Source: an uncultured Eggerthellaceae bacterium (GTDB taxonomy: Bacteria; Actinomycetota; Coriobacteriia; Coriobacteriales; Eggerthellaceae). Taken from it: a DNA stretch of 64,000 nt. The notes under the pieces are model-generated. The model was given only the letters and a program-made list of their open reading frames with translations. It did not search any database and had not been told where the DNA came from. The stretch spans positions 158-64,157 of the forward strand of contig CANOBU010000001.1 in the NCBI GenBank assembly GCA_947564425.1, in the 5' to 3' direction. Made by a program: the position numbers and the translations under genes. Shown one piece after another: positions 61,646-64,000 of this stretch (the stretch's first letter is position 1; every line of letters starts with the position of its first letter).

Positions 61646-64000
61646 TTGCCGGCGGAAATCCGAATAGACTCCCAGGAAGGCCGGGGGGCTTGCAGGCCCT
61701 GCGGCCTTCTTCTTACGGCCGATGCGGCCGGGGCCCGCAATATCAACCGGGCCCGCGCACTGCAGGATCCGGCCGGCGCCTTCGGTTCCGTCGCCGTCGC
61801 CGCCGACGATTGGATCGCCAAGCTTTGGGAGATGGAGGGCGACGGCCGCGCCTTCGCCGCCCCCTACGATAAGGCCGCCTGCGCGGCCGCGGTGATGGCC
61901 GCCCACGACTTCCAAGACCTCAAGCCCGTCTCCGGCCTGGCGGCCTCGCTGGTGGCCTGCGCCAACCGGGCTGCGGGCATCCCCGTCTTCGACCGGGCGG
62001 TGCAGCGGGCCCTGCAGGGCGCCGCCGCGGCGCCGGATGATGAGGTGCCGGGCTTTAGCGCCCTGAGCCCCCAGGAGCGCGAGTTCCTGGGTTGCGTGGG
62101 GGCCTACGGCACGGCCCTGGCCGAAGCAGGGCTGGTGGACCGGGGCGGCGCCCTGGCCTTCCTGGCCGCGCGAAGCGCCGAGGTGTTCCCAGAGCCCGTG
62201 TCCATCGTCCTTGCCGGCGGCGAGCCCCTGCCCGCCGCCTTGGAATCGTTCATCGCGGAATGCCCGGGCCTGCAGGTTGCAAGCAGCCCCGATCCCACCG
62301 GCCCCCTGCAGCCCCCCGAAGGCATCGGGGTATCCATGGCCTTCCCTTCGGGGGGCTATGCCCGGGGGCAGTTGGTATTGAACGTGATCGACGCCCTGCG
62401 GGGGCGGGGTTGCACTACCATCGCCCTGGCCGCCAAGGAACCGCGGGTCTTGTTCGATGCCGTGGCCCCGGCCTTGGCCGAGGCGGGGCTGTCGGTGGCT
62501 GCGAGCTACCGCAAGCCCCTGGCCTCCACGGCCTTGGGCCGGGCCTTCCTGGCCGCCCGGCGCGTGGCGGCCGGCTCGGGACCGTTTTGGGAACGGGAGG
62601 CTTTGGGGGACCTTCTGCGCAATGCTGCTTCGGCCTTGGCGAAGAACCGGGCCTGGCGGGTCGACGCGAGAATCCGCGGCGACCGGCTGCTGGCCCGCGA
62701 GGAGCTGCTCGGCGCCGACGGCCTGCTGGCGGCCGAGGGGGCCGACGGCCCTTGGAGCCGCATAGATGCTATCGCGAACGGAGCGGATGGCGAAGGAAGG
62801 GCGGCCGCTCTGGATGCCGTGGCCGGTACCTTGCGGGGTGCCGGCGCCCCCGAGGCCTTCGTGCGCGAGCAGGTGCTTGCCGGTGCTGCCCTGCAGCAGA
62901 TAGCTGCCAGCGCCGCCCGGTTTGCGGCCTGCGGGGCCGACGAGGCAGCCGCGTTGGTCGAGGGGGCAGCATTGACCCTGGCCACGGCCTTGTACCCCCA
63001 GGGCGGGGACGGCCGCCCCGGGGAGCTGCCCCAGGTGCAGATCATGGATGCCCGGCGCCTGGCCCAGCTGCCGCCGCAATCGGTCGATGCGGTATACCTG
63101 TCCGACCTCACCACCGCCGCCTATCCGCTGGGCCGGCGGCGCACGGCCGTCGACGGGCTGCTGGAGGCTCTGGGGGTTCCCCCCGAGCCCGACGAGCTGC
63201 AGCGGGAACGCCGCCGCTTCGCCGCCCAGCTGGCCGTTGCGCGGCACCGGGCCGTGCTGGAATTTCCCCTGAACGACCCGGCTGGCGAGCCCTTCTATGC
63301 CAGCGCCATGCTGTCCGAGCTGGCTGCCGCCTATCGCGTTGCCGCCCCCGGGGCCCCGGAGCGCTACGGGTTCCCCGCGGCCCTGGCAGGGGACGCCTGG
63401 GAATGGGGTGAAGAGGACCTGGAGGCCGATCGGCGCCCCGCCTATCCCGGCCGGGCCCCTGCCCACGGTGCGATGCAGGCCGGCGGCGCGGCGCCCGGGG
63501 ATAAGGTGGCACCCCACGATGCGGACCAGGTACACCCGGAGCTGCCGCGGCTCTCGCCCTCGCAGGTCGAGAACTACCTGGACTGCCCCGGCAAGTGGTT
63601 CGTGGCGAACCGCCTGGGGGCCCAGGGGCTCGACGAGGGATTCGGTCCGCTGGAGACCGGCTCGTTTCTGCATGGGCTCTTCCGGCTGTTCTACAACCGC
63701 TTCGGGCAGAAGGTGAGCGCCGATAACCTGGATGCGGCCCGCAGCCTCATGTTCGGCGCCGATGGCCGGGGGGGCCTGTGGGCCCAGGCCGTGGCGGCCC
63801 AGTACGCCCGCGATGCCCAGGGACGCCCGCTCCCGAACCGCCTGGCCGCCCTGCCGGGCACTTCCGAAGAGCTGGAGATGCAGGACATCCGGCGCCGGGT
63901 GGAGCGCTGGCTGCTGAACGAATGCACGTTCCTGCCCGGCTTCACGCCCCTGGCCTTCGAGTGCTCCATCGAGGGCATGGTCTACGGCGGGGCCGAGATA
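61646..64000 (+). CDS. AddB/RexB-like helicase-nuclease subunit (PD-(D/E)XK nuclease family), 3'-truncated by window edge
   Basis: This reading frame is open from 61622 to the window end, so it is absent from the ORF track. My own translation gives ...LPRLSPSQVENYLDCPGKWFVANRLG...ETGSFLHGLF, typical of the AddB nuclease-domain entry. The only canonical start upstream of the first conserved strand is TTG 61646, so the start is uncertain. Confidence 0.55.
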   Translation, partial: MPAEIRIDSQEGRGACRPCGLLLTADAAGARNINRARALQDPAGAFGSVAVAADDWIAKLWEMEGDGRAFAAPYDKAACAAAVMAAHDFQDLKPVSGLAASLVACANRAAGIPVFDRAVQRALQGAAAAPDDEVPGFSALSPQEREFLGCVGAYGTALAEAGLVDRGGALAFLAARSAEVFPEPVSIVLAGGEPLPAALESFIAECPGLQVASSPDPTGPLQPPEGIGVSMAFPSGGYARGQLVLNVIDALRGRGCTTIALAAKEPRVLFDAVAPALAEAGLSVAASYRKPLASTALGRAFLAARRVAAGSGPFWEREALGDLLRNAASALAKNRAWRVDARIRGDRLLAREELLGADGLLAAEGADGPWSRIDAIANGADGEGRAAALDAVAGTLRGAGAPEAFVREQVLAGAALQQIAASAARFAACGADEAAALVEGAALTLATALYPQGGDGRPGELPQVQIMDARRLAQLPPQSVDAVYLSDLTTAAYPLGRRRTAVDGLLEALGVPPEPDELQRERRRFAAQLAVARHRAVLEFPLNDPAGEPFYASAMLSELAAAYRVAAPGAPERYGFPAALAGDAWEWGEEDLEADRRPAYPGRAPAHGAMQAGGAAPGDKVAPHDADQVHPELPRLSPSQVENYLDCPGKWFVANRLGAQGLDEGFGPLETGSFLHGLFRLFYNRFGQKVSADNLDAARSLMFGADGRGGLWAQAVAAQYARDAQGRPLPNRLAALPGTSEELEMQDIRRRVERWLLNECTFLPGFTPLAFECSIEGMVYGGAEI

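Overview
This is high-GC chromosomal DNA, with codon third positions almost uniformly G/C. The gene content reads like a strictly anaerobic Actinomycetota genome, most plausibly Coriobacteriia/Eggerthellaceae. That placement is inference only, from rubredoxin, a Tat-exported molybdopterin oxidoreductase with FeS/NrfD/TorD partners, a BcrAD-type activase, a FabK-type FAS II cluster and CstA. I support 55 protein-coding genes. One, a 53-aa rubredoxin, is missing from the ORF track. One, an AddB-like nuclease, is open at the 3' edge. I also support one tRNA-Leu(CAA), several intrinsic terminators and -10 boxes, and eight long GC-rich intergenic hairpin elements. I saw no rRNA, CRISPR array, transposase, integrase or phage genes. 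Gene order: rubredoxin / MGMT-like / PaaK-like ligase / HTH-less LysR domain / Ppx-GppA; Mo-oxidoreductase ABC + TorD-like chaperone + GntR + SPFH; NhaP-type antiporter; UbiB kinase; ThrE pair; minus-strand FAS II operon acpP-fabK-fabD-fabG-fabF-fabZ-accD/A fusion with divergent fabH; BrnQ; activase + two uncharacterised partner proteins; hybrid histidine kinase + P-type ATPase + MFS; secreted Cys-rich peptidase-like protein behind a terminator-containing leader; WYL regulator; Cys-less PurF-like protein; Ser/Thr kinase; SerS; aminotransferase; Ddl; YtxH/PRC-barrel/TM2; class I aldolase; CstA; tRNA-Leu; L,D-transpeptidase; M20 dipeptidase; orphan LytTR regulator; AddB-like. Nearly all long track ORFs antisense to these genes are GC-bias artefacts. 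Most worth follow-up: the activase three-gene module (29165-32422); the orphan Mo-oxidoreductase operon (5197-9870); the perfect 55-bp and 50-bp inverted repeats (28985-29155, 39172-39339); the conserved-core hairpin family with a compensatory base change (4743-4822, 53716-53805); the terminator-gated leader at 39464-39942; the AccD/AccA fusion carrying a fossil biotin-carboxylase N-domain; and the nucleophile-less PurF homologue. All functional calls rest on my own recognition of motifs in the translations. No database search was possible.
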